From a virus, in the IMG/VR virus record IMGVR_UViG_3300001533_001295, positions 20,773 through 84,772 of that record: a stretch of 64,000 nt of DNA; one strand, 5' to 3'. Each line of letters starts with the position of its first letter. Position 1 is the stretch's first letter. Both the position numbers and the translations under genes were made by a program. The notes beneath the pieces are model-generated. The model did not search any database and was not told the DNA's origin. It saw only the letters and a list, made by a program, of their open reading frames with translations. Positions 53,045-62,996 of this stretch are shown one piece after another.

Positions 53045-54034
53045 ATGGCTAGACCAGCTTACGATTTTAATTACGTAATTAAGTTTGACCCGCGAAGACA
53101 ACCTACATGGCGGTACGAGCGGGTCCAAAAATTAATAACAGATCGTAAGCCAGTACATGCGCAGCGCGATGACAAGTACATCCGCAAGCTGCGCAAGATG
53201 TATATCGAGCGTAACAACTACAGCGCTAGTGACATCGCAGAGTACGACTCTAGAGCTTACCTGGCCGCTAAGTACAAAGAACTTTGGTTAGCCGACCGTA
53301 TCTTTAGTTCAGGTCGCTCAGATCGCACCAGGTTCGGCGTAGAGGCCATGTTACTGGCTCGTATGTCCGACGAAGCCATAGCTGAGCAGTCTGGCGTAAC
53401 ACCTGAGACTGTCAGTGTGTACGAGAAGCTTTTCTTTAACGTAAGAGACAGGTTAGACAACAAGAACTACATAGCTAGTGAAGTATTAGGTAACGCCTTT
53501 ATGGCGGGTCTATCTAATAAGTCTATGGAGCTGACGGCTAAATATTTTGGTTATTTTGGGGGACCGCTAATCTTAGAGCTTATACTAGACGCTTTTGATG
53601 GAAGTATTGAAGCGCCCACAGAATCTAGAGATATGGGTGATTGGTTATCTAGGCAGTACAAGTTAAGGTTAGGAACTCAGAGCGTCGTAGCTTCTACTTT
53701 CTTTGATCCGACTAACTATAACGTCCGAACACTGTTTGAGTCTTATCACAACATTTTGTCGCTTCAGCAGCGTGATTTATCTTCTCAGGGTGATGATAAT
53801 ATAATCAATAAAGCGCTACAGACGTTCCTAAATGTACAACATGTACCTGTTGGTCACGAAGCCGATAAATTGCTAGAAGCACAGTTTAAAGATTATTCTA
53901 CAGAAGTAATACCTAGAGTTTCGCAGAAACTCCAGATAAGCCGAGGTGATTCGGTAGAACTGATTGACAAGTTTACTTCGCCAAATTGGAAGTCACCTAA
54001 GAACAGAAAATCCGAAGATGGCCCAAGTAATTAG
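53045..54034 (+). CDS. HTH-containing protein
   Basis: MSDEAIAEQSGVTPETVSVYE HTH-like motif. Confidence 0.55.
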   Translation: MARPAYDFNYVIKFDPRRQPTWRYERVQKLITDRKPVHAQRDDKYIRKLRKMYIERNNYSASDIAEYDSRAYLAAKYKELWLADRIFSSGRSDRTRFGVEAMLLARMSDEAIAEQSGVTPETVSVYEKLFFNVRDRLDNKNYIASEVLGNAFMAGLSNKSMELTAKYFGYFGGPLILELILDAFDGSIEAPTESRDMGDWLSRQYKLRLGTQSVVASTFFDPTNYNVRTLFESYHNILSLQQRDLSSQGDDNIINKALQTFLNVQHVPVGHEADKLLEAQFKDYSTEVIPRVSQKLQISRGDSVELIDKFTSPNWKSPKNRKSEDGPSN

Positions 54035-54380
54035 TATTTCAACTTCTAATAAACTAATGGACGCTGTCGACAAGGTGTGCGACCTTGTCGATTCAGGCAT
54101 GTCTCCAACTGAAGCTACCGTTAAGATAGCCAAAGATCTGAGCTTAACTAAGCATCAGACGGATCTACTCGGTCGGGGCTACAACGCTGGGGCTATCAAC
54201 ACGCAGCGTATGGAAGGCAAGTCTTTTGAAGAGAAGTTTGCTTCCGTACCTATTGTTGATTTAAGTAAAGTACAAGAAGCTCTCTTCAGTAATACTCCTA
54301 AGACGTCATTTGTCTGCGGCGTACACTCTATGTACAGCCAGCCTTATAACTCATCCAGCAAATTACATATCCGGTACTAA
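54018..54380 (+). CDS. hypothetical head-region protein (possibly the N-terminal part of a split gene)
   Basis: MAQVISIST start overlapping the upstream stop. Confidence 0.55.
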   Translation: MAQVISISTSNKLMDAVDKVCDLVDSGMSPTEATVKIAKDLSLTKHQTDLLGRGYNAGAINTQRMEGKSFEEKFASVPIVDLSKVQEALFSNTPKTSFVCGVHSMYSQPYNSSSKLHIRY

Positions 54381-54381
54381 T

Positions 54382-55323
54382 ATGGTCGCTGCAGATTATT
54401 TCGATAAGAAAGCTCAAGCTAAAGCTAAGTTGGCTCAGCTTAAAGAAATCGTTAGAGAGTGCGAAAAAGCAGAAACCGAGGTGTCTCTAAAGGTAGCTAA
54501 GTTTATCGAAAAGGTCCGCTCTAAGTACGCTCGACAGGACGAACGCTTAACTCGTCTGTGTGAGTACCGCAATTTTGCTTTAAACAAACTATCTTCAGTA
54601 GCTGTGAAGTTAGTCGACAACGCCGCCATAGATACTTTAAGCCCGCTTAGACTTGAGAAGTACTTTAAGTTTGCCGAAGACGGAACTCCTTGCGGCTGTC
54701 AATTAGCGGTTGAACCTAAGAGCGAGAGTCTTCAAGAAGACTTAGAAGACGTCGACAACTCTGTTAAAGACTGGGCTGACAAAGAAAAAGAGCTGCCTGC
54801 TAAAGCGGTAATCATTCATCGGCAAATTCAGATTATGATGCCAGGACCAGCTAAAAAGAAAGCTATGGTTCTTAGCTTACCTGGCGTAACTTCTGAAGAT
54901 ATTATCGACGAAGAAATAGCTAAGTTTGCTGCGATGGGCGTTCCGGCCGGTATGATCGCTGGAAGTTTTTTAAAGACTAGTCCATCTGATTCGGGCTCTA
55001 GTAATTTTAGGGATTCTGTAGAAGAACATAAGCTCAGGCTGAATGATCCTAACCATGAGAACAAGCTCAGAGCTATAAGAGCTCAGGGTATGTTAAATGA
55101 GCTTTTGACTACAGACGATATTATTAAAAGCTACGCTCCAGATGAAGTTGCTTTAGTTTTCAATGAGCTAGCTAGAACAGCGCCAAACACGTTGTCCAAC
55201 ATGGGACTTCTTAGAGCTAATCTTCGTAGAGGTCTGCAAGGTAACTTAAGCCCATTTGAGGCAAAAGAACTTGTAACTATGGATCGACTAGCAGGTAAGT
55301 CGCCATCTGCTCCTTCTAATTAA
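54382..55323 (+). CDS. putative virion protein with K-x-A motifs
   Basis: ATG 54382 lies 1 nt after the upstream stop; KKA and KFA motifs. Confidence 0.55.
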   Translation: MVAADYFDKKAQAKAKLAQLKEIVRECEKAETEVSLKVAKFIEKVRSKYARQDERLTRLCEYRNFALNKLSSVAVKLVDNAAIDTLSPLRLEKYFKFAEDGTPCGCQLAVEPKSESLQEDLEDVDNSVKDWADKEKELPAKAVIIHRQIQIMMPGPAKKKAMVLSLPGVTSEDIIDEEIAKFAAMGVPAGMIAGSFLKTSPSDSGSSNFRDSVEEHKLRLNDPNHENKLRAIRAQGMLNELLTTDDIIKSYAPDEVALVFNELARTAPNTLSNMGLLRANLRRGLQGNLSPFEAKELVTMDRLAGKSPSAPSN

Positions 55324-55332
55324 ATTATAAAA

Positions 55333-56652
55333 ATGTCTGACGTTAACTTAGATAGTATTAAAAAGTTAGCTAAAGTTTACGCTGCGCATTATGACGTTAG
55401 GCGTCAGCTTAATGCTGATGTTTCGTCTAAGTTCTCTAGATTAAATAAAGAGTTACATAAAACAGCTAACCCTGCTCCAGTAGTCGGTGGTGGTATTTTA
55501 GATAATCTAAAGCAGATTTTAGGATCTACCGGACTTAGCCTAGATAATCCTTTACACACAGCTATTATCGGCAGCTTATTGGCTGGTTCGGCTGGCGCTG
55601 TAGGCTCTTTCCGAAGACCAGCTTCTTCTCGCATGACTGGGGTAGATGCAAGTGTAGCTGCGGGTTTAGGTGGAATATTAGGTTTATCGGCTCCCATTTT
55701 GTTTAATGCTGTTAAAAATATTAACAGTCAAAATAAAAATATAAGCGCAGCAACTGACACCAAAGGCATAGAAACTAACTTGTCTAAACTAGTTGGCATG
55801 AATCAAAGCCAGCTAATAAATTTAGCTAGAGAGTCAGGTATACAACCTGCGGCATTAATTGAAGCAGTAGGAAACCTTAAACCTACAGATATGGAAACGT
55901 CTCTAGGTGGATTAGGTGACTTTGCTGAAAATGTTTCTAACTATAGACCGCTTACAGCGATGACGGGAGTTGCTTCTGGTGCCCTGCGTTACCGTAATAG
56001 ACCATTTTTTGCTTTAACAAATGCAGGAAAAGCTAAATACTGGAGTAATTTTGATACTAAAAATCCAGCAGTATTTACAGGGCGTCTTAATGCCTGGTTT
56101 AACAGGTCAGGAAGTATTACAGAATCTCAGAAAGCTCTTGTTGATATATTTAGAGAAAACCCTGGCTTTGCTAGATTAGTATCAGGCGATTTAGCTAAGT
56201 CTACAAGTAAAAATCTTCCTAGCACTATAGAAAATTTGCGCAATATTTTGCATTCGAAAAATAACCCTGCTTTAACGGGCGACGTTGCTAGAGACATTAG
56301 AACAGGTTTGAGCGGTCTGCGAAATATACCTGCAGCGACGGTAAATCCTTTCAGTAGTGCAAAAGATTATGCTCAGTTTACTACAGCTGACAGGCTAGCT
56401 AACCCGCAGCACATTCCTGCCCATGCTTTTAAAACAGGACCAGGAGCGACACTCAAGAGAGTGATCTCCAAATCTAAACTTCCACTCGGTATAGGTGGTT
56501 TAGCTCTTTCAGCGGTTTTAGAGCCGGCAATAGTTTCAAGTGCTAGAAAAAGGTTAGCTGATCCTGCTATAAGATCTGCTTTCGGTAACCCCAATCTAAA
56601 TACTGATCAAACTAGAACAATAGAAAGTGCTCTAAGAAACTTTAGCAGATAA
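55333..56652 (+). CDS. glycine-zipper putative virion/ejection protein
   Basis: KTA-NP boundary, Gly zippers, no Cys. Confidence 0.6.
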   Translation: MSDVNLDSIKKLAKVYAAHYDVRRQLNADVSSKFSRLNKELHKTANPAPVVGGGILDNLKQILGSTGLSLDNPLHTAIIGSLLAGSAGAVGSFRRPASSRMTGVDASVAAGLGGILGLSAPILFNAVKNINSQNKNISAATDTKGIETNLSKLVGMNQSQLINLARESGIQPAALIEAVGNLKPTDMETSLGGLGDFAENVSNYRPLTAMTGVASGALRYRNRPFFALTNAGKAKYWSNFDTKNPAVFTGRLNAWFNRSGSITESQKALVDIFRENPGFARLVSGDLAKSTSKNLPSTIENLRNILHSKNNPALTGDVARDIRTGLSGLRNIPAATVNPFSSAKDYAQFTTADRLANPQHIPAHAFKTGPGATLKRVISKSKLPLGIGGLALSAVLEPAIVSSARKRLADPAIRSAFGNPNLNTDQTRTIESALRNFSR

Positions 56653-56656
56653 TAAA

Positions 56657-58099
56657 ATGGCATTCTTTAAAACAGCTTCGGTGTTCGATTGGCAGGCTAT
56701 GCCTAAGGACACGTCTATACATGTAAAGATAGCTAGTCATGGGCTTTTACCTAATGACGCTTTTGATTTACGTAAAGTAGCTGGCGACCAGTTCGCCCAC
56801 GAAGTTAAACGACTAGAAGGATCGCTACGTAAAGACTGTCATTATGTACACAACATAGCTTTAGGAGCTTTTGAGACAGCCGGACAGAACAGGAACGGAG
56901 ATGCCTGGAACGCCGACGTACTTGCTCGCGATCTACCTACTTACGTAAAGCACGGTAAGTTATTTAGAGAACATAAAAACACAGACAAAGATCCTCACTA
57001 CGGTAGGATCAAGTTTGCGTTTTATGACTACGACAGAGGTTACGGTCGTACGTTATGCGAGTATAACGCTACCGAGTCTGCAGCTAGAGAGCTGGGTGGT
57101 TTAGTAGCAGATAAAGAGCTAAATAAATTAGCTAACGACGGCTACATTCATGTATCTATAGGTACGCATGTCGGTAAGGATGTGTGCGGTATCTGCGGTA
57201 ACGTAGCTACAAAGCGTGCCGAATACTGCACGCCTAAAAATCAAGGCGGTACCTGTGATTTATTTGGTTGTAGAGAAGGATTATGCAAAATTTCCGAAGA
57301 TGGTAGGGTTCAATACGTAGATAATCCTAACAATGTTTTCTATGATCTTAGTTATGTAGAGGTTCCAGCCGATAGAATTGCAGCTGGAGCTGCACTGTTT
57401 GATTTAAATAAAAAAGCATCAGTTTTGGTTCGTCCTAGGTTAGACTTGATAGCTATTAGCGAAGCTGACACAGCTTGGACTACTAAGGTAGCTTCTGTAG
57501 CTGGCAAGTTAGCGCAGATAGAAGAAAGTATTACAGTACCTAAAGACACAGATACGTTAGATAAGCACGCAGCTGTTTGTGCTAGGTTAGGTGATCCTTC
57601 GGCTTCGATAGATATAAAAGGCTTAGTTCACGCTCCGGCTATAGTAAAAAGAGCATGTCTTAAGCGTTTAACCAGTAACAGAGAGTTGCCTAGCGCTAGC
57701 CAATTAGCTAAAGAAGCCGGCTATGATGACGAGACAGCCGCGCAAGCAGACTTACTTAGTATAGGACTATTACCTAAGATCGTTTCATCTGGTTATGTTG
57801 TTGACTTGATTAAGCGATCGGACTTTACCGCACAACCTTTACGTAGTGTCGGCCACTATCTAGAGGCTGTTACTTCGGCTCCCGGCTATAGCTGGGATGA
57901 GAAATCTCTAAAAAAGAGAGCTTTTAAAGCAGCTTTTGAGGAGAGACGTGTTCCGTATGTTAGTAACCTGTTGTCGGAACTTAAGCCTGGCGCGTTAGAT
58001 TCGGCCTTAAACTTTACGGCTATGAAAATTGCTGCAGCTGTGGAAATTTTCGATAAAGACCCTAATGCGTTAAATTTAATAGCGACACCTTCTTGCTAA
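56657..58099 (+). CDS. putative prohead (maturation) protease with zinc ribbon
   Basis: NRNGDAW, LFREH, VSIG + CGICG, FYDLSYVEVPAD fit a His/Ser prohead-protease pattern; lies upstream of scaffold and capsid genes. Confidence 0.65.
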   Translation: MAFFKTASVFDWQAMPKDTSIHVKIASHGLLPNDAFDLRKVAGDQFAHEVKRLEGSLRKDCHYVHNIALGAFETAGQNRNGDAWNADVLARDLPTYVKHGKLFREHKNTDKDPHYGRIKFAFYDYDRGYGRTLCEYNATESAARELGGLVADKELNKLANDGYIHVSIGTHVGKDVCGICGNVATKRAEYCTPKNQGGTCDLFGCREGLCKISEDGRVQYVDNPNNVFYDLSYVEVPADRIAAGAALFDLNKKASVLVRPRLDLIAISEADTAWTTKVASVAGKLAQIEESITVPKDTDTLDKHAAVCARLGDPSASIDIKGLVHAPAIVKRACLKRLTSNRELPSASQLAKEAGYDDETAAQADLLSIGLLPKIVSSGYVVDLIKRSDFTAQPLRSVGHYLEAVTSAPGYSWDEKSLKKRAFKAAFEERRVPYVSNLLSELKPGALDSALNFTAMKIAAAVEIFDKDPNALNLIATPSC

Positions 58100-58160
58100 T
58101 TATTAGGCTTTTGTTTTAACTTAGATTTAAACCGTCCCCGTTTTTTACGGAGTTTTTTGT

Positions 58161-59285
58161 ATGTCGATTGCTTCAAAGCGGCCCAAGACCGCCTCGATTC
58201 AAGAGCTTCTTGAGGAAGCTTTGCGTTCGAAATCCGCTGCAGATGTTGGTGGCAGCACCTCTAGCCAGGTGAAAGCCCCTAATGAAGACAAGCCTGTGGT
58301 TGAGGGCGAGCGTGCCAAGGAGCATGATGCCGTTAATAAGGAAGTTTACGGTGAAACCGGAACTACTTCCGATTCTTACGAAGCTGCCGAGAGCGGCCAC
58401 CTCAATCCTCCCATGAATTCCTCTAAGGTAGCTCCGGCTGGTGAAGATCCCAAGTCGGAAGATAAAGCTACTTCTCTTCCGTCGGGCATCGACCCAGGTA
58501 CTTCGCTACCTGGTACCGAGCTCGGCGGTTCAACATTAGATGCTACTTCAAAGAAGGTAGCAGCTTGGCGAGATAAAGCCGCTTCTCTTTTTGCGGAGTT
58601 TATTGACGGCGTGAACGAGACCACTGAAACACCTGTCGAAGATAAGACCGCATCCGAGCAGAATTCGGATAGCTCTGTTCAAGAGACAGAAGCTAGTGAT
58701 CTCGGTATTTACGGCGAACTTGCCAACGGCGATCCAGAGCTTGCTAAGGCTGCTTTTGTTCGTGTAACGGAAGAAGTCAATTTGGCTCGGCAGTTTGGAA
58801 TCGACCAAGCCCGTAAGGTTGCTGCTTACCTTGCTAGCGAAGCTGCAGAGATGCAGAAGAATCACAGCAAGAAGGCTAACCAGAAGGTTATCAAGAAGCG
58901 CGCCAACATGAGCCCCGAAGAGGAAGCCATGTTGATGCAGGCTATGCAGCAAGAAGGCGGCGAAGATCCTATGGCTGCTCAAGAGGGCATGGTCCCTGAG
59001 GCAGGTATGGAGGGCGAGCCGGCAGACGAAGAAGCGTTGATAGAAGAAGCGCTTATGGAGCTGGCCGAAGAAATGGGCATGTCGCCTGAGGAACTGACTC
59101 AAATGCTGATGGCAGCTTCGGCTGGCGAAGGCGGTGAGGGCGGTGAGATGGCTGCTGCAGATCCTATGGCTGCCGCTGAGCCTAAGATGGCTGCCGATAA
59201 GCTTCGTAAAGAGGCTAAGGCAAACGTAAAGAAGGAAGCACGCAAGCTTGTTGAAGAGCAAGTAAACCGAGCTCGCCGCAAGTAA
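58161..59285 (+). CDS. putative scaffolding protein
   Basis: Acidic, low-complexity, helical, about ten K-x-A motifs; between protease and capsid genes. Confidence 0.55.
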   Translation: MSIASKRPKTASIQELLEEALRSKSAADVGGSTSSQVKAPNEDKPVVEGERAKEHDAVNKEVYGETGTTSDSYEAAESGHLNPPMNSSKVAPAGEDPKSEDKATSLPSGIDPGTSLPGTELGGSTLDATSKKVAAWRDKAASLFAEFIDGVNETTETPVEDKTASEQNSDSSVQETEASDLGIYGELANGDPELAKAAFVRVTEEVNLARQFGIDQARKVAAYLASEAAEMQKNHSKKANQKVIKKRANMSPEEEAMLMQAMQQEGGEDPMAAQEGMVPEAGMEGEPADEEALIEEALMELAEEMGMSPEELTQMLMAASAGEGGEGGEMAAADPMAAAEPKMAADKLRKEAKANVKKEARKLVEEQVNRARRK

Positions 59286-59319
59286 TCAATTTATTAGTCA
59301 ACCATTATAAGGTTTTAAT

Positions 59320-59742
59320 ATGTCCAAGATTGACCCAACCAAGATGGTCGACCTCGTCAAAGAGGCCAACGACCTTATCAAGGAACTGGAAACTCATTCC
59401 CAAGAGTTAGCTACTAAGCTGGCTAATCTTGAGAGCGAGAACGCTAAAGGTTTGGATGAGATTCCGGCCTTGGTGAATAAGTTGGCATCTATCACTGATG
59501 CCGATGGATCCCCTCTTATCGCTGAGCAGGTTAAGGACAAGTTTATCGCTGGTTTAGCCAAGCGAGCTAACTTGATTAGCGTACTCAACGATATGGCTGA
59601 CCGTTTCGGTGCTCTGTCTAAGAAAGCTAAGGAAAACCGCTCGGAAGAGCTAGGTGGTCCGGCTCACCACAAGCAGGCGTCGATTCATGTTAACTCGACC
59701 TCGGAAATCTACAAGCTTTCGCATGGTCGTGTTTCAATGTAA
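59320..59742 (+). CDS. coiled-coil head assembly protein
   Basis: Helical; KLA, KRA and KQA motifs. Confidence 0.55.
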   Translation: MSKIDPTKMVDLVKEANDLIKELETHSQELATKLANLESENAKGLDEIPALVNKLASITDADGSPLIAEQVKDKFIAGLAKRANLISVLNDMADRFGALSKKAKENRSEELGGPAHHKQASIHVNSTSEIYKLSHGRVSM

Positions 59743-59826
59743 TTTAATTTAAAACTTGTTTTTAGTAACATAAAGCTTTAATTTATATTTAATTAGAGCT
59801 TTCCTCCTATTTTAGGATTTTTAAAT

Positions 59827-60522
59827 ATGGCAACTCAAAGCTACCGGGATATGACTTCTCACCGGTTGCAGCCCATGCGGCACTTCTACAAGGGTAACCA
59901 CCTTGTGTGCAACGCTGTGCCGTGGGCTACGCAAACGGCTCTCTTTGACGGCAACGCTATGCCAGCTGGCCGGTGTTTGCATTTGGATCCGACAGCTGAT
60001 CCTGGAACTTTGCCGACAGCCAAGCTTGGCTGCGCCGGTAATAACAAGGTTCCTGTGTGGCTTTTCCGTGATTCGGATGCTTACTCGGGAGGTTTCCCTG
60101 GTCCTTCTTCGGTCACTTCGACAAGTGTTACTTGGGACGACGGATCGACTGGCCAATTGCTGTTCTTCGTAGGTCTCGAAGGTTACGAGCTCGCTACCAG
60201 CGAATTCGATAGCTCGCGGACTTACAAGGTTGGGCAGTATCTCAAGGCTCCTGAGCACGATCCTGCACACGGTCCTGGCTCGGCTGTCCATGCCCGCACT
60301 ATCGCTGGTATCGCTACTAACGATGGCGTTCTTTACGGTCGCGATACCATCGTCGGTATCGTGTCCCCAGCTGTTTTCCAGCCTCTGGGCAAGATCGTAA
60401 GTGGTGACATTATCGATCCTGATGGAACGGCTATGCTTCCGTTTTACACTACTTATCGTCCCCCGGTTACTGCTCTAACTACTGCGCTTCTCGGCGACAT
60501 TAAGACGTTCGTGGACGCATAA
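59827..60522 (+). CDS. putative capsid decoration/cement protein
   Basis: Gly/Pro-rich beta protein directly upstream of the major capsid gene. Confidence 0.5.
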   Translation: MATQSYRDMTSHRLQPMRHFYKGNHLVCNAVPWATQTALFDGNAMPAGRCLHLDPTADPGTLPTAKLGCAGNNKVPVWLFRDSDAYSGGFPGPSSVTSTSVTWDDGSTGQLLFFVGLEGYELATSEFDSSRTYKVGQYLKAPEHDPAHGPGSAVHARTIAGIATNDGVLYGRDTIVGIVSPAVFQPLGKIVSGDIIDPDGTAMLPFYTTYRPPVTALTTALLGDIKTFVDA

Positions 60523-60571
60523 TAGTTTTTAACCGTTTAATATTTTAACACTTTAATAAGGTTTTATTTAT

Positions 60572-61516
60572 ATGGCCATGACCGAAGCTGAAGTGCGGCA
60601 ATGGTCGGAAAATCTTTTTGATAAGATTGCTTCCGATGACCCCGCCATGCATAAGTCGGCAGCGCAAGATCTGACCGACTATACACGTATCAGTAACCGC
60701 GAAGGTAGCTTTACCCAGCGGATTATTGAGCCGAGCGAGTATGACCGTAACCGGTTGGTGCCGCAGATGCACACCGACCAGCCTATCATGCTGTTCGAAT
60801 ATGAAGTCCAAGCTCCATTTGCTGTGCCAGTCGATTATTCGACTACTCCCGAAGATTATATTCCTAAGGGACGGCGCTATCCGGTTGTTCTGCAGCGTAT
60901 GCAGACCCCGGCTGTTACTATGGAGCTCTTGTCTTTGGAAACTTATCAGCAAGATCTTCGCCAGATCCTAGCCGATAACATGACCAAGGAACTCATCGCT
61001 TTGCGCGACTGGAAGTTCTTGAAGGCTTGCCGTCGGATCTTAGGTACTACTCCTGGTACCGTTCTTCCTTGGGTTGGTAAGGCTATGTACCAAGATCTTG
61101 GTGCAGCTCTTACTCACTCGTCGCTTCAGCGAGGTAAGAACGTCCTCAGGGACACCGAGTTCAATATTGAGCCGACTGTCCTTTTGGCTAACAACCTCCG
61201 CCGGACCGATTTCGAGCTCTTCCAGCTCGATGAATTCCACGGTACTGAGAGCGCTGTCAGCTTGGCCAAGAACGGTTTTGCTGAGAGCACCTACAGTGGT
61301 CTCAATATCCTCTTTACGATCAAGCGTAAGCTTGTTCCGTTTGCGGATATCTTCATGTTCGGTCCTCAGGAGTATCTCGGACGCTATGTCCAGTACATCC
61401 CGCCGACCATGAGCGTGAAGAAGCTGGACGACCTGATCATTCAGTTCTTCCAGTACGAGATCTTCGGCATCACCATCGCCCATCCTGGTGCGTTGTGTGG
61501 TCTGCAGTACCTGTAA
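60572..61516 (+). CDS. major capsid protein (HK97/encapsulin-like fold, inferred)
   Basis: 314 aa; REGSFTQRII, DNMTKELIALRDWKFL backbone helix, FFQYEIFGITI C-terminal strand; C-ending codon bias; head-module synteny. Confidence 0.7.
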   Translation: MAMTEAEVRQWSENLFDKIASDDPAMHKSAAQDLTDYTRISNREGSFTQRIIEPSEYDRNRLVPQMHTDQPIMLFEYEVQAPFAVPVDYSTTPEDYIPKGRRYPVVLQRMQTPAVTMELLSLETYQQDLRQILADNMTKELIALRDWKFLKACRRILGTTPGTVLPWVGKAMYQDLGAALTHSSLQRGKNVLRDTEFNIEPTVLLANNLRRTDFELFQLDEFHGTESAVSLAKNGFAESTYSGLNILFTIKRKLVPFADIFMFGPQEYLGRYVQYIPPTMSVKKLDDLIIQFFQYEIFGITIAHPGALCGLQYL

Positions 61517-61529
61517 ATCACTACAAGAG

Positions 61530-61567
61530 TTGATCCGGTTCAGTTATATTACGCTGAACCGGATCAA
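61530..61567 (+). terminator. 14-bp hairpin after the capsid gene
   Basis: TTGATCCGGTTCAG/CTGAACCGGATCAA. Confidence 0.7.
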
Positions 61568-61594
61568 TCTTTAACCCTATGAGGTACTGAAACA

Positions 61595-61996
61595 ATGTCA
61601 GAAGCAACTCAAACATTAGCTGAGGCATACGATATTGATTTAAATAAAGCTGCCAGCTTTATTGAAAATATTGCCATGCAGGCTTTTGCTGAAGAATTAA
61701 TTAACCAAGGTATCCCCGTCGAAAACGATGAGCAATTAGCCAAGTTGGCTAGCATGGCTCAGATGGTCGATAACTTGGTGGAGAGCAACGATAAGACCGC
61801 GAGTTTTATTGATGCCGCTTACAATAAGTTAGCCAGTCAGGCTGCTCCAAGTAACTCGCAGTTGGCTCAAGAGCAGCAAGCTCGGGCTGATTACGACATG
61901 GCTAAGGCAGCTGAGCTCGCTTTACACCCCGAAGTAGCTGCGTCTGTCTTGGCTTTGTGCGAGCAGGCTCAGTTGCAAGCTAGCGAGGAAAACTAA
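61595..61996 (+). CDS. head-associated protein with K-x-A-S motifs
   Basis: KAAS, KLAS, KTAS, KLAS; GAGGT RBS. Confidence 0.6.
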   Translation: MSEATQTLAEAYDIDLNKAASFIENIAMQAFAEELINQGIPVENDEQLAKLASMAQMVDNLVESNDKTASFIDAAYNKLASQAAPSNSQLAQEQQARADYDMAKAAELALHPEVAASVLALCEQAQLQASEEN

Positions 61997-62334
61997 TGTC
62001 TGCTAACGTTGAATGCCTTAAAACGACGGTAGTTAACACTAGTGGTGGTGCTAGAGTCTTTGAATTCTTGCCTCCGTACGGCGTGAAGCTCAACGCTGGT
62101 CAAGAGTTCAGTGAGATGGGCACTGTCCACAATTGGATTCGCCGTCGACCCAGGATCGGTTCTACTGAGCAGCTTGTCAAGAGTTTAGAGTATGCTCTTC
62201 TCCAAGGCTGGCTGGAAATCAAGAACACTCCTGCTGTCGTTCTCTTTGACATCGATACGGAAGAGTCTAAGGCACTCATCCTCGATGACGAAGTTCTTAA
62301 GACTGAAGATCCTTGCTACGTTACGCCGACTTAA
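61996..62334 (+). CDS. hypothetical structural protein
   Basis: TAATG coupling. Confidence 0.6.
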   Translation: MSANVECLKTTVVNTSGGARVFEFLPPYGVKLNAGQEFSEMGTVHNWIRRRPRIGSTEQLVKSLEYALLQGWLEIKNTPAVVLFDIDTEESKALILDDEVLKTEDPCYVTPT

Positions 62335-62371
62335 TAAAGCTCGGCTGCTAAACAAAGCAAGATTATTACCA

Positions 62372-62411
62372 AACAGCCACCCCATACGTGATAATGTGTG
62401 GGGTGGCTGTT
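62372..62411 (+). terminator. long hairpin, probable terminator
   Basis: AACAGCCACCCCATAC/GTGTGGGGTGGCTGTT. Confidence 0.7.
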
Positions 62412-62442
62412 CTATTTTATAGCTCTCATCTAGGAATCAGTC

Positions 62443-62976
62443 ATGTGTGATCATGGGTTTAAGGTCACATTCACGCCTAACTTTCATTGGCGTTGCCCAA
62501 AGTGTGATTTAAACAATTACATACAACTCAAAGCAAACACAGATTTAGCCTTCTTAGACGAAAACGAGTCTTTAGCTGAGTACGACTTACCTGAGATAGT
62601 TGAGCAAGGTTCAATAAGTATAGAGCTAGAGTCAGACGTTTGGATGGGGCCTAAGTCAGCCACTTGTTCTAACTGTGGCTTTAACTTTGGACTACCTTCT
62701 TTTTCTGTGTTCTACAACGATCACGTAGATGAGAACGGCAATTTAATTATTGACGAAGAATACTACGTAGAAGACGGTGAGTACAGCGACGAAGACGACG
62801 ACGATGATGACTTGCCCGAGTTTTACTCAGATGAAGATCATTTACGAGATCAAGACGAGAATGACTCATCTCAAAAAATAGTTGAAAGTACGCCGCAGTC
62901 GGTAACTTTTGACGATTGCTTTAAAGACGCCTCTTTCACTGTTTTTTGTGTAAAGAGTATAGATATTAGCCAATAA
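62443..62976 (+). CDS. zinc-ribbon protein with very acidic region
   Basis: CPKC...CSNC; D/E-rich tract. Confidence 0.65.
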   Translation: MCDHGFKVTFTPNFHWRCPKCDLNNYIQLKANTDLAFLDENESLAEYDLPEIVEQGSISIELESDVWMGPKSATCSNCGFNFGLPSFSVFYNDHVDENGNLIIDEEYYVEDGEYSDEDDDDDDLPEFYSDEDHLRDQDENDSSQKIVESTPQSVTFDDCFKDASFTVFCVKSIDISQ

Positions 62977-62996
62977 CTTTAACGTTAGTTAATGTA

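Noticed and set aside
58548-61483. Long minus-strand ORFs (58548-59261, 59821-60291, 60545-60952, 61040-61483)
   Set aside because: Antisense shadows of codon-biased head genes with no recognisable motifs
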